IMG/VR virus record: IMGVR_UViG_3300020207_000025 | Location: 1 to 60,989 of that record | Reading direction: 5' to 3' (one strand) | Length of the DNA: 60,989 nt | DNA from: a virus | Lineage: Duplodnaviria > Caudoviricetes | Shown: positions 11,101 to 20,266 of the stretch, in pieces | Position numbering within the stretch: position 1 is the first letter of the stretch | Layout: every line of letters begins with the position of its first letter | Notes under the pieces: generated by a model | The model's database searches: none | Told to the model about the DNA's origin: nothing | The model's input: the letters and a program-made list of their open reading frames with translations, nothing else | Program-made: the position numbers and the translations under genes

Positions 11101-14100
11101 ACTTGCAGTTGGAGTGACTGATGAAGTCGGAGTATTCGTAGGTGTACTACCTGGTGTTTCTGATGGGGTTACTGTTTGTGTCGGAGTGAATGTAGGTGTA
11201 ACCGTAGCAGTAACAGTTGGAGTTATAGATGCTGTTGGCGTAACACTCGCAGTAATAGTGGCAGTCACAGAAGGTGTCAATGTCTGAGTTGGGGTTACTG
11301 AGCTTGTAGGTGTAACACTTGCCGTTGGAGTAACCGATGCAGTAACAGTTTGTGTTGGTGTTACAGTTTGAGTCGGCGTCACTGAAGCAGTTGGGGTAAC
11401 TGATGAAGTTGGTGTGTTAGTCTGAGTAACAGCAGGAGTTTCAGAAGCAGTCACAGTTTGTGTCGGTGTAAATGTTGGGGTTACAGTTGCTGTAACCGTT
11501 GGTGTGATACTTGCCGTTGGAGTGACTGATGCCGTCACTGTCGGAGTAACAGAAGCAGTAGGAGTATTAGTTGGCGTTTCAGTCTGTGTTGGAGTAACCG
11601 ATGAAGTTGGCGTATTTGTAGGTGTTAATGTAGGAGTAGGCGTAACACTTTGAGTTGGTGTAGGTGTCGGAGTTGGAGCAACAAAGATTACATCAACAGG
11701 ACAGGTACATGCGGAAGTGTTAACATTAGTAATACCCCAACTACTAATCACCTCACCAGGAGGAAGAATAGAATTAAAGTTATATTCAACTTGGTGGTCT
11801 CCAGCTGGCCATGTTCTCGTACCAGAATACGTAAATCCTGAACTACCAACCATATAACCACTAACCTCATAATCACATAAGGATTCTGCATTTACTGATA
11901 ATCCAGAATCTTGATATAAAGACAATCTAATCTTATCACCTTGTACCACATAACCCGTTAAATATTGAGTTGTCTGTGGACACGTTGCTGACGGAGTAAC
12001 AGTCTGAGTCGGTGTTGCCGTCGATGTAGGTGTTTGTGTTGGAGTGACAGAACTTGTTGGTGTAACACTTGCAGTTGGAGTAACTGATGCAGTAACAGTT
12101 TGTGTTGGTGTTACTGTTGATGTCTGAGTTACCGATGGAGTCACCGTTTGAGTTGGGGTAACTGAGGCAGTTGGAGTTACCGATGCTGTTGCTGTAACAG
12201 ATGAAGTCGGTGTATTTGTTTGTGTTACCGCAGGAGTCTCAGACGCAGTAACAGTTTGTGTTGGGGTAAATGTAGGAGTTACAGTAGCAGTAACTGTTGG
12301 AGTGATGCTCGCAGTTGGAGTAACCGATGCTGTTACGGTTGCCGTCACTGATGGTGTTGGGGTATTTGTTGGCGTCTCAGTCTGAGTTGGTGTGACAGAT
12401 GAAGTTGGAGTCACACTTGCTGTTGGAGTATTTGTAGGTGTCTCCGTTTGTGTAGGAGTGACTGATGAAGTCGGTGTAACTGATGATGTTGGAGTATTTG
12501 TAGGAGTGATTGCTGGCGTCTGTGAAGCAGTAACAGTTTGTGTTGGAGTAAATGTTGGGGTAACAGTTGAAGTTACAGTTGGTGTAATACTTGCCGTTGG
12601 TGTTACAGATGCCGTAACTGTTGCAGTTACAGAAGGTGTTGGAGTATTAGAAGCTGTTACTGTTTGAGTTGGAGTCACACTCGCAGTTGGAGTAACAGAG
12701 GCCGTTGGTGTCACACTCGCCGTAACTGTTTGAGTAGGTGTAACCGTGGCAGTTGGAGTAACAGAACTTGTTGGTGTATTAGTTGGAGTTATCGCTGGTG
12801 TTTCAGACGCAGTTACAGTCTGAGTAGGTGTGAATGTAGGTGTTACCGTAGCGGTCACTGTTGGGGTGATAGATGCCGTTGGTGTTACCGAAGCAGTCAC
12901 AGTGGCAGTAACAGAAGGTGTTGGAGTATTAGACGCGGTTACTGTTTGAGTTGGTGTTACGGAAGCCGTAGGAGTATTAGTCGGTGTGGTAGTATTAGAA
13001 GGTGTTACAGTATTAGTAGGTGTGACTGTTGACGTTGGAGTAACAGAAGCCGTTGGAGTATTAGTTGGTGTGATTGCCGGTGTAGATGAAGCCGTTACCG
13101 TTTGAGTCGGAGTAAATGTCGGAGTTACAGTTGCGGTGACTGTAGGTGTAATCGACGCAGTTGGAGTTACTGATGAGGTGACCGTAGGCGTCACACTGGC
13201 GGTTGATGTAAATGTAGGTGTCACTGTAGGAGTTACAGAACTTGTTACACTTGGAGTCAAAGTAGGTGTTGAAGAGGGAGTAAGGGTAGGTGTTGGTGTG
13301 AACTCAGCAGAACATACAACTCTTACATCATCAAGGAAGTTACCCAAACTCGTCGCAGTCGTCGAACTAAACATCAAGTTTAAGTTAGCATCAGGGGCAG
13401 TAAAAGTAACATACCTTAAATCCCATTGAGAAGTACTACCTGTAAATTCAGGTCCGACGAATTGTATACCATTAGTTGAACCAGATATAGCAACTCTCAA
13501 CCTATTTGCAGCACCACTCCTACCGCGATGTGCAAACTGAATCTGATAAGATTGTGATTGGATAGCATCAAAGTTTTGATATAGTGCTTGTGTAGAATCA
13601 TTAGCCGCTACCTCAGCAAAATAAGTACCCTGATAAGATGGGACACTTTGGAAACCTGTTCCCCATATCTCAATCTTATTATCACTGGCCGTAGTTTCCC
13701 ACGCTTGGATACATGATGCGTCAAATTGACCGTAACCACCAGCACCAGGTGCGGTACATCCATTTACAAAGGTTTCAAATCCTCCGTTGGTTAACTTACC
13801 ACAAGGTTCAGTGACCGATGGAGTAAGAGTTGGAGTTACAGTTGATGTTCTTGTCGGCGTATTCGAAGGAGTCACTGTATTTGTTGGAGTAACACTCGCA
13901 GTTGGGGTGTTTGTTGGGGTAACCGTATTAGAAGGTGTAACCGTATTTGTTGGAGTGTATGTTGGTGTGACTGTATTAGACGGAGTGACTGTATTAGTAG
14001 GTGTTACTGATGCGGTTGGAGTGTTAGTAGGAGTGACGGTATTCGATGGCGTTACCGAATTTGTGGGTGTTACGGAAGAGGTCGGTGTATTCGTAGGAGT

Positions 14101-16458
14101 GACGGCTGGTGTCGAAGATGCGGTTACCGTTTGAGTCGGAGTATAAGTTGGAGTTACCGTAGCAGTAACAGTTGGTGTGACTGATGCTGTTGGTGTTACA
14201 GACGCAGTTACTGTTGCCGTAACTGAAGGTGTCGGAGTATTAGAAGCGGTAACTGTTTGTGTTGGAGTAACTGAAGCGGTTGGAGTGACGGACGATGTAG
14301 GCGTATAAGTTGGTGTCACTGTATTAGATGGTGTAACCGAAGCTGTTACCGTTGCCGTTGGAGTTATTGTCCTCGTTGGGGTATTTGTTGGGGTAGCAGT
14401 GTTAGAAGGGGTAACTGACGGAGTAGCCGTAGTTGAAGGGGTTAGTGTTGCAGTCTTAGTCTGAGTAATAGTTGCAGTAATAGTAGGTGTTACCGAAGCG
14501 GTAGGTGTATATGTTGGAGTTACTGTATTCGTAGGTGTATTACTTGGCGTGACTGTATTTGTAGGTGTAACCGTATTTGTTGGTGTAACAGATGCAGTTG
14601 GAGTATTTGTCGGCGTCTCAGACGCAGTAGGAGTATTAGTCGGAGTTACTGTATTGGTAGGAGTATATGTTGGTGTAACAGTATTAGATGGTGTGACTGT
14701 ATTAGTCGGCGTAACAGACGGAGTTACCGTATTTGATGGCGTAACAGATGGGGTGACAGTATTAGATGGTGTGACTGTATTAGTTGGTGTTACAGATGGG
14801 GTAACCGTATTAGATGGAGTGACTGTATTGGTAGGGGTATAGGTAGGTGTAACAGTATTTGACGGTGTTACCGTATTAGAAGGGGTAACAGAAGAGGTTG
14901 GTGTATATGTAGGAGTCCTTGTAGGAGTTCTCGTAGGTGATACCGATGGAGTAACAGAAGGAGTTGCCGTTCTTGTTGGTGTACGTGTCGGTGTTCTCGT
15001 AGGCGATACTGATGGTGTGGCAGTTCTTGTTGGAGTTCTTGTCGGCGATACTGATGGTGTAACAGAAGACGTAGGTGTCACGGGTGGTGTAGTAGACGGT
15101 GTAACCGATGGTGTTGGTGTAGGTGAAGGACATGTTGGGCACTCACCATAATTACAAATATCTTCAATCCAACTACCTGCATCAATAAATACGTCAGGAG
15201 TACCAGTTGAATTTGTTACAATAGCATAACATTTATTATTACCCAATGGATTGATAACACCATCACCTTGGTACAATACGGTACCCGCTTGAACTGACAC
15301 TATTATAGTATCATTTGAATCACAACAATTCGCCAATAAGTATTTATTAATTGCAGGTGTAGAAGTGGGTGTAGGTGTAGGTGTTTTTGTCGGTGTTCTT
15401 GTTGGTGTTCTCGTAGGTGTCGGTGTTGGGGTTGCAGATACAGGTGTATCACCACAACAACTGGTACATGTTTCAAATACAGACGCAGTACATGAAGCCG
15501 CAGATTCACAATCAGGAACCACACCCTCAACAAAATAACAACACCCGTCACATCCGTCTAACTTTACAACCTGACCAGCATTAGGACATGGAGAAAGGTT
15601 AGTTATCGTTACAAATTGATTAGCCAAAGCATAACTACAATTAGAACAGTTACCAGGGTCTATTTGGTCACAGGGTATTAAGTAGACACAACAAGGGTTA
15701 TTAATGTTTGTAACATCATAACCGTCACCTGGTGGCATACCCGGCTCATAGGCAATTGGACCCTCTTGACCTTGACAGGCATCACATCCCCCACCTGGAT
15801 AAGTGGTTACAACACTACCAACAAATGAAACATTAGCCTGAGGACAATTCTCAGCACAAGAACCAGTGGCAATTACTTCCCAACAAGCGTTAATATTATC
15901 AATAAAGGAATCACCAATTGAAAAATTGTAGACATTCTGAATACAAGCGAAGTTACTACCAGTACGACAGTCTACGATACATGCAAACCCAACATTATGA
16001 ACAATATAACCATCAAGAAAATAATAATTTGGACCACTTAACGTAAAGTTATACAATGGGTCCATCGAATAAACAATTTCTTTGGATGTGACAGGTTCAT
16101 GAGTAATTTCACCATTAACCATCCTAACCAAATCATAATCACCCCCAACAATAAAATTTAAGGTCTGAACAAAACGATACTCACCTGAAGGTTTGTGATA
16201 ACCTAAAAGATGTTCGTCAATAACCCCCAAGTCATTTATCTGAAGGTAATTTCCCTGATATTGATAGACATCAACAACTTCAGGAGTCTGAACATCTTCA
16301 ATATTAAGTGTTAATGATTGTATTTCGGTAAAATCAATACCTGTTACAATTTCAGGTATATCGAAAGACAGAACTTGGTCCCCGAGTTGGATGTTTTCTA
16401 TCGCAACCTGAGAACCATCAGATAATAAAACTTTTTGTCCTAATTTATATCCTGCCAT
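8185..16458 (-). CDS. Giant mucin-like virion protein: N-terminal Hint domain, Cys-rich modules, about 2000 aa of Thr/Pro/Ser/Val repeats, internal galactose-binding-like domain
   Basis: 2757 aa. Residues 1-155 are Hint-like and end in IVHN. A Cys-rich region follows, then (TPTxxV)n repeats interrupted by an NGGFE...FAHRGR...FLDDV domain. Confidence 0.85.
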   Translation of the reverse strand: MAGYKLGQKVLLSDGSQVAIENIQLGDQVLSFDIPEIVTGIDFTEIQSLTLNIEDVQTPEVVDVYQYQGNYLQINDLGVIDEHLLGYHKPSGEYRFVQTLNFIVGGDYDLVRMVNGEITHEPVTSKEIVYSMDPLYNFTLSGPNYYFLDGYIVHNVGFACIVDCRTGSNFACIQNVYNFSIGDSFIDNINACWEVIATGSCAENCPQANVSFVGSVVTTYPGGGCDACQGQEGPIAYEPGMPPGDGYDVTNINNPCCVYLIPCDQIDPGNCSNCSYALANQFVTITNLSPCPNAGQVVKLDGCDGCCYFVEGVVPDCESAASCTASVFETCTSCCGDTPVSATPTPTPTRTPTRTPTKTPTPTPTSTPAINKYLLANCCDSNDTIIVSVQAGTVLYQGDGVINPLGNNKCYAIVTNSTGTPDVFIDAGSWIEDICNYGECPTCPSPTPTPSVTPSTTPPVTPTSSVTPSVSPTRTPTRTATPSVSPTRTPTRTPTRTATPSVTPSVSPTRTPTRTPTYTPTSSVTPSNTVTPSNTVTPTYTPTNTVTPSNTVTPSVTPTNTVTPSNTVTPSVTPSNTVTPSVTPTNTVTPSNTVTPTYTPTNTVTPTNTPTASETPTNTPTASVTPTNTVTPTNTVTPSNTPTNTVTPTYTPTASVTPTITATITQTKTATLTPSTTATPSVTPSNTATPTNTPTRTITPTATVTASVTPSNTVTPTYTPTSSVTPTASVTPTQTVTASNTPTPSVTATVTASVTPTASVTPTVTATVTPTYTPTQTVTASSTPAVTPTNTPTSSVTPTNSVTPSNTVTPTNTPTASVTPTNTVTPSNTVTPTYTPTNTVTPSNTVTPTNTPTASVTPTNTVTPSNTPTRTSTVTPTLTPSVTEPCGKLTNGGFETFVNGCTAPGAGGYGQFDASCIQAWETTASDNKIEIWGTGFQSVPSYQGTYFAEVAANDSTQALYQNFDAIQSQSYQIQFAHRGRSGAANRLRVAISGSTNGIQFVGPEFTGSTSQWDLRYVTFTAPDANLNLMFSSTTATSLGNFLDDVRVVCSAEFTPTPTLTPSSTPTLTPSVTSSVTPTVTPTFTSTASVTPTVTSSVTPTASITPTVTATVTPTFTPTQTVTASSTPAITPTNTPTASVTPTSTVTPTNTVTPSNTTTPTNTPTASVTPTQTVTASNTPTPSVTATVTASVTPTASITPTVTATVTPTFTPTQTVTASETPAITPTNTPTSSVTPTATVTPTQTVTASVTPTASVTPTASVTPTQTVTASNTPTPSVTATVTASVTPTASITPTVTSTVTPTFTPTQTVTASQTPAITPTNTPTSSVTPTSSVTPTQTETPTNTPTASVTPTSSVTPTQTETPTNTPTPSVTATVTASVTPTASITPTVTATVTPTFTPTQTVTASETPAVTQTNTPTSSVTATASVTPTASVTPTQTVTPSVTQTSTVTPTQTVTASVTPTASVTPTSSVTPTQTPTSTATPTQTVTPSATCPQTTQYLTGYVVQGDKIRLSLYQDSGLSVNAESLCDYEVSGYMVGSSGFTYSGTRTWPAGDHQVEYNFNSILPPGEVISSWGITNVNTSACTCPVDVIFVAPTPTPTPTQSVTPTPTLTPTNTPTSSVTPTQTETPTNTPTASVTPTVTASVTPTASITPTVTATVTPTFTPTQTVTASETPAVTQTNTPTSSVTPTASVTPTQTVTPTQTVTASVTPTASVTPTSSVTPTQTLTPSVTATITASVTPTASITPTVTATVTPTFTPTQTVTPSETPGSTPTNTPTSSVTPTASVTPTNTVTPTQTVTASVTPTSSVTPTQTETPTNTPTPSVTATVTASVTPTASITPTVTATVTPTFTPTQTVTPSETPGVTPTSTPTATVTQTSSVTPTASVTPTASVTPTTSNTPTPSVTATVTSTVTPTASVTPTLTASNTPTVTQTQTVTPTETPVSTPTNTPTSSVTPTASVTPTASVTPTSSVTPTPSVTATITASVTPTASVTPTVTASETPTSTPTQTVTPSETPGVTPTNTPTSSVTPTSSVTPTQTETPTNTPTASVTPTASVTPTSTITPTVTATLTPTSTPAVTPTNTPTQTVTQTSSVTPTASVTPTQTVTPSSSVTPTPSVTATVTASVTPTASVTPTVTASETPTSTPTQTVTPSETPISTPTNTPTASVTPTSSVTPTSSVTPTSSVTPTSTVTPSITATITPSNTQTLTPTQTVTASETPGVTPTNTPTSSVTPTASVTPTASVTPTNTSTPTQTVTSTVTSTPTETPTNTPTASVTPTVTASETPTSTPTQTVTPSETPQVTPTNTPTSSVTPTASVTPTASVTPTASVTPTASVTPTLTATITPSNTQTLTPTQTVTPSETPGSTPTNTPTQTVTQTSSVTPTASVTPTQTVTPSSSITPTPSVTSSVTPTVTNTNTPTGSVTPTVTASETPTSTPTQTVTPSETPGGTPTNTPTQTATVTPTPSITSSVTPSVTPSLTATQTPTVTVTPSITSSVTPTYTPTQTVTQTVTPSETPGGTPTSTPTSTLTPTQTATVTSSNTPTPSNTATITPTSTVTQTPGGTPSPTPTNTPLSTQTPTVTSTPTVTPTHTVTPSTSSILQDCSVYELEVTKLGTEGLFEYWYDECSDTLCGTVRQSHGIIYKVPTTITICAQQNTVIFPPQYPTSAYTLTNICNNCCSGPAITSTPSPSNTPTISVSPTNTPTISVSPTNTPTISNSPTNTPSISVSPTYTPTPSVTPTEGGPFTVFMFIPNL
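8660..15445 (-). repeat. Degenerate Thr-Pro-Thr-X coding repeat tract (approximate bounds)
   Basis: Protein-level repeats such as [12 protein letters not shown] and TPTNTP. DNA copies differ at third codon positions. Confidence 0.85.
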
Positions 16459-16476
16459 TTCCTGATACCCTTAACC

Positions 16477-16484
16477 TATAAATA
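16477..16484 (-). promoter_or_regulatory. TATTTATA putative late promoter element
   Basis: Lies in the intergenic gap upstream of the 2757-aa gene. Confidence 0.6.
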
Positions 16485-16504
16485 ATCGGTTAACCCCTTT
16501 TGTA

Positions 16505-18403
16505 TCAGGATTCTTTCCTTAAACTTCCGTCGTAATGGTCAAATCTATCATGTTCTGTTGGACTTAATAATAAGATACCTGGATTAATGTTTCCTTTGAT
16601 TGTTTCTTGGAACATATAAGACATCCATGTTTGTTCATATGGACGAGCCCATTTCTCAGTTAGGAACATCTTTTCGTTACCGTATTTTGACACCACTTGA
16701 GGCCAGTTACAGTAATATATCTCACCATGAGCAAAGGGGATACCTTGGAAGGAATCCACCTTAGTCAGTTTTGTTTTTGGTGCATTTGGGTCCAACCCTT
16801 GAACAGGTAAGTTTGGTTTTTCAGGCCAATGTTCTTCTCTAATATGTTGAGGTACATTGTACCACGCCCACTGTACTCTGTTATCACCATAGAATTCGGT
16901 GAATGATAGTTTTACGAAATCAAAGTTGTTTTTCTTTGCAATTTTAAGAGAATTTCTATAAAGATTTTTAACATATCTATTGAATCCATTCTTACATACC
17001 TCACCCTGTTTTGGATAGAAGAACATATCATCTTCAAAGAAGAAATAATAGTCAAAACCTCTTTCTTCAGCATCCTCAGCAATCCATTGACGACCACCAC
17101 AAATACCTAAGTTGTCTTTCTTAACATAAATCATGTTATATTCTTCAGCCATCTCTTCATACTCAGGTGATGTTGATAAATCCGTTGAATTATCCAACAT
17201 TACCCACTGTGGTTTCGTTACAAAATCTTCATCGTATTGTTTCATTGATTCAATCAATGTTCTTACCTGATTAGGACTGTTAAATGTAATCACATAAAGA
17301 CCCACATTGTCAATATCCAAATCGTTGGTGATGATTTCAAACTTCGCTTCGTGTAATGGTTTGTGATTGTCATTTTTAACGTCTTCAAAGAACTTATTAA
17401 TTAATCCGTTACCATTGATTGGGAAATACTGATAATTTTCAGGGTATCTATACAACAATAATGTGAATAAAGACTCTTCCGTACCCATATATCCCTCATT
17501 TAGGGTAGATTTCATAATACCGTAGTATTCGTTGTTGAAATCAGCAATATCTTCAATAGGTCCACCGAAGAAACCACCACGACAAACCTTATTGACCTTA
17601 GCCCTGGCAATTTCATTCATCTTTTTAATTTCAAATCCGTGAATTTCAGTGTCAGACTCGTAAGGGAATGCCACGAAAGTCATCTTATCAATCTTTGTCA
17701 ATTTGTCTAAGACTCTATCGTGAGTAAAGTACCCTGAATGTACCGTGTTAGTGATACCCGCATCCAACCAGAATAAGTGTGTTGAACCAAACTTATCCAT
17801 AATCTTAGCATCATGTAATAAATAAGGTTTTGACATCACCAATGGATTATACATATCTAACCTACCTTGAGTAGACTCCGATAACCACCCTACTTGGTTT
17901 TGCCAATCAGGGTTTGTTCGGATTCTTTGAATCGGTTCATAGAATTCTCCTTTGAACCAGTCTTGGCTACGACCAATGAATTGTGTGTTTTCATCAGTTC
18001 TTCTTTCCATGACAAAATCTCTTAATTCTTCATCACCAAACACAATCATGTTGTAAGGTATCTTAAGAATCTCGTCAAATTTCTCTAAATAATGTTCAAA
18101 ACTACGTGACCATCCTTCTCCTAATTCATCACGTTTGATGTTCCATAAACCTGTAACTATAGTAATTCCATTGTTTTCCATTTCTCCGTAAAGTTCTTTG
18201 TATATGTAATTTTTTATTCCGACGATGTCTCCACCTTCTAATCCATAAACATAATCATGTTCATCAAATTTTTGTATGATTTTTTCCTTATCTTCATCAA
18301 CTAAACTTGACCATTCTAACCTCACAACTTTTGGTGAATGTCTTTCAAAATCAATTTGTTTGAAAATGGTATAATCATGTCCTTCAGCGTCAATTTTTAT
18401 CAC
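16505..18403 (-). CDS. Multidomain glycan enzyme: FkbM methyltransferase C-terminal part + HtrL/WlaTC-like domain + GT-A (GT2-like) glycosyltransferase
   Basis: Begins IKIDAEGHD (FkbM motif). ITIVTGLWNI...FWLDAG...GGFFGG...GTEE is HtrL/YibB-like. YVITFN...LDNS...NLGICGGRQ...FFEDD is GT-A with a DxD-type motif. Probably continuous with 18400..18864 across a frameshift. Confidence 0.75.
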   Translation of the reverse strand: MIKIDAEGHDYTIFKQIDFERHSPKVVRLEWSSLVDEDKEKIIQKFDEHDYVYGLEGGDIVGIKNYIYKELYGEMENNGITIVTGLWNIKRDELGEGWSRSFEHYLEKFDEILKIPYNMIVFGDEELRDFVMERRTDENTQFIGRSQDWFKGEFYEPIQRIRTNPDWQNQVGWLSESTQGRLDMYNPLVMSKPYLLHDAKIMDKFGSTHLFWLDAGITNTVHSGYFTHDRVLDKLTKIDKMTFVAFPYESDTEIHGFEIKKMNEIARAKVNKVCRGGFFGGPIEDIADFNNEYYGIMKSTLNEGYMGTEESLFTLLLYRYPENYQYFPINGNGLINKFFEDVKNDNHKPLHEAKFEIITNDLDIDNVGLYVITFNSPNQVRTLIESMKQYDEDFVTKPQWVMLDNSTDLSTSPEYEEMAEEYNMIYVKKDNLGICGGRQWIAEDAEERGFDYYFFFEDDMFFYPKQGEVCKNGFNRYVKNLYRNSLKIAKKNNFDFVKLSFTEFYGDNRVQWAWYNVPQHIREEHWPEKPNLPVQGLDPNAPKTKLTKVDSFQGIPFAHGEIYYCNWPQVVSKYGNEKMFLTEKWARPYEQTWMSYMFQETIKGNINPGILLLSPTEHDRFDHYDGSLRKES

Positions 18404-18864
18404 GTCATACGCAAGTATTTCATGCTTTTCAGAAGACTATCTAATGTTATTGTCGGTACTGTAATTCTTGTACCATATTTCTCAACAGTTTCTCTATCAC
18501 CTTCACTACCCAACCCATTCTTTGGTGGATATATTGCACTCATCCCCATAAAACAAGCATGAATCTTACCTTCTTCAATCGCAAAAGGATTGATGGTAAC
18601 CATTTCCACCTCACCATTTTGGTCAGATACTGCCGCATTTTCAAACTTATGTCTGTCACCCAAATTCTTAACTAATTTTTGAAAGTAATATGGAATTGGT
18701 TCAACATATAAACCAGTGAATTGATATGCATTGGTGTACCCAATCAACTCGTCAAAAGTTTGACCGTCCATTGCACCAATATTAAGTGTAAAAAGTTTGT
18801 GACCTTGTTTACCTAAGTGGTGTAAGGCTTCATTGAAATAATCTGTTCTCTCTAATACCACCAT
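18400..18864 (-). CDS. FkbM-family SAM methyltransferase, N-terminal part (frameshifted from the downstream ORF)
   Basis: LNIGAMDG..FD, GLYVEP, ENAAVS and VPTITLDSLL motifs. Track start is 18894, but the ATG at 18864 forms a TAATG overlap with the upstream stop. Confidence 0.75.
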   Translation of the reverse strand: MVVLERTDYFNEALHHLGKQGHKLFTLNIGAMDGQTFDELIGYTNAYQFTGLYVEPIPYYFQKLVKNLGDRHKFENAAVSDQNGEVEMVTINPFAIEEGKIHACFMGMSAIYPPKNGLGSEGDRETVEKYGTRITVPTITLDSLLKSMKYLRMT

Positions 18865-19391
18865 TATGTTAAGACTATAAAGTTTTTCTGCCACCCCTCA
18901 TATTGTGTCCATGTTTTCCCTAAAAGTTCTGCAGTTTCAATCGCAAAGTTGTACTCATCTTCTCTGTGAGTATCATCCATAATAATTGGCACATCCGTAT
19001 TGAATCTATCCCAATACTTCGCAATATTATTTCTCGTTTTTTGTTGGTCAATGTTTGGTGGACCATCTACAATAATCAAAGAATATTCTTCTGGTAATGA
19101 ATTAAATACCACTTCAGGGTCATACCATCCGTCAACAATTTCAGCTAAAATGTAATTTGCTTTTGGTGCCAACCTTGTAAATCTCTCCTGATGTTCAATA
19201 GGATAAACAATATGGTATCTACTTAACTCAATAGTTCCACTACCACTACCAAATTCAATAATAGTTTCACCTTGGGGGATATTATCAAGAATCCACTCAT
19301 AACATTCAACAGATATCGCCCATCCATCGAGGTTATTAAAGTTAATGTCTCTTGCTTTTAGTTTTGGATAAATTTCATTTAATCTATTCAT
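18864..19391 (-). CDS. Class I SAM-dependent methyltransferase-like protein
   Basis: 175 aa. IIEFGSGSGT (motif I), IIVDGPP and IIMDDT.R..E are typical of small methyltransferases in glycan loci. Confidence 0.75.
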   Translation of the reverse strand: MNRLNEIYPKLKARDINFNNLDGWAISVECYEWILDNIPQGETIIEFGSGSGTIELSRYHIVYPIEHQERFTRLAPKANYILAEIVDGWYDPEVVFNSLPEEYSLIIVDGPPNIDQQKTRNNIAKYWDRFNTDVPIIMDDTHREDEYNFAIETAELLGKTWTQYEGWQKNFIVLT

Positions 19392-20266
19392 AATTGGTCA
19401 AAAAATGTGTAAAAACTGATTTTATCTTTTAAGAACTCAGGAGTTACAGATTTATCAGTCATTGAAGAATCATCGTGATACCAAGTATTGAACTTATATG
19501 AACGATAATTTTCAGGTTTATCGTAAACCATAGTAGACATCATGGCTTCATGGTTTAATAAAAATTCTTTTGTTAATGCAGTCTGAGCATAGTCCTCAAA
19601 CCTTTGGAAAAAGTCAGGTAATTTACTTACATGACCTCCAATAATACCACCAATAGATAATGAATCATACATATGGTCTTTATCTAATATCTCATTAAGT
19701 TTTCTGTGGTCGTGGAAGAATAAAGTATTTCTAATATCAATCAATTTATCACCCACCCAATTGTTAATCTTTGGGAACGTTTCAGTATTAAAAATACCAT
19801 CATAAGTGTACCTATATTTATTTACTGAAAGACCTGTAATCTTATCCGCGTTTGAGTTGTATCTTCTCGGATACAAACCAATATGTGATAATCCACAATC
19901 AATCCAATATAGATAATCTAAACCCTCTTCCATTTCATCTTCCATCAAAGCAATTTTAGCCCAACCAACTTCCAAATAAAATTTGAACTTATCAGGGTTC
20001 TTTTCTTTGATTTCAATCATCTTTTTACTGTGACGGATATCTTCCAATTCTTTTACTTTGATGGTTACATTGGTCACCCCATTTTCATCAAGGAAATCTT
20101 GTAACGCCTCTGCAGTATTTGAACCAGTATAACATACAATAGGTAAACCCATCTGAGATAGTTGTACCAACGAATTGATATACCTGTCCCAACGGGCTTG
20201 AACCTTATGACCGAAGAATGGGAAATCCCCCAATCCGAAATATAAAAATGTTACTAATTTTGTCAT
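19388..20266 (-). CDS. HtrL/WlaTC-like glycosyltransferase-related protein
   Basis: YLYWIDCGLSH and IGGIIGG motifs parallel the WLDAG/GGFFGG domain of the 632-aa ORF. Track start is 20299; the ATG at 20266 gives an ATGA overlap. Confidence 0.6.
   Translation of the reverse strand: MTKLVTFLYFGLGDFPFFGHKVQARWDRYINSLVQLSQMGLPIVCYTGSNTAEALQDFLDENGVTNVTIKVKELEDIRHSKKMIEIKEKNPDKFKFYLEVGWAKIALMEDEMEEGLDYLYWIDCGLSHIGLYPRRYNSNADKITGLSVNKYRYTYDGIFNTETFPKINNWVGDKLIDIRNTLFFHDHRKLNEILDKDHMYDSLSIGGIIGGHVSKLPDFFQRFEDYAQTALTKEFLLNHEAMMSTMVYDKPENYRSYKFNTWYHDDSSMTDKSVTPEFLKDKISFYTFFDQL

Noticed and set aside
8213-14842. Many plus-strand ORFs rich in VGVT repeats (also near 24994-28994, 31714-32799 and 36812-37435)
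   Set aside because: Antisense shadows of Thr/Pro or Gly/Ser/Thr codons on the real minus-strand genes, with no independent signals.
8660-15445. Possible CRISPR array or satellite DNA
   Set aside because: No constant repeat with unique spacers. The periodicity is codon-based inside an open frame.
15994-16458. Mobile splicing intein with homing endonuclease
   Set aside because: No N-extein, no position-1 nucleophile, Val at +1 and no LAGLIDADG/HNH insert. Kept only as a Hint pro-domain.
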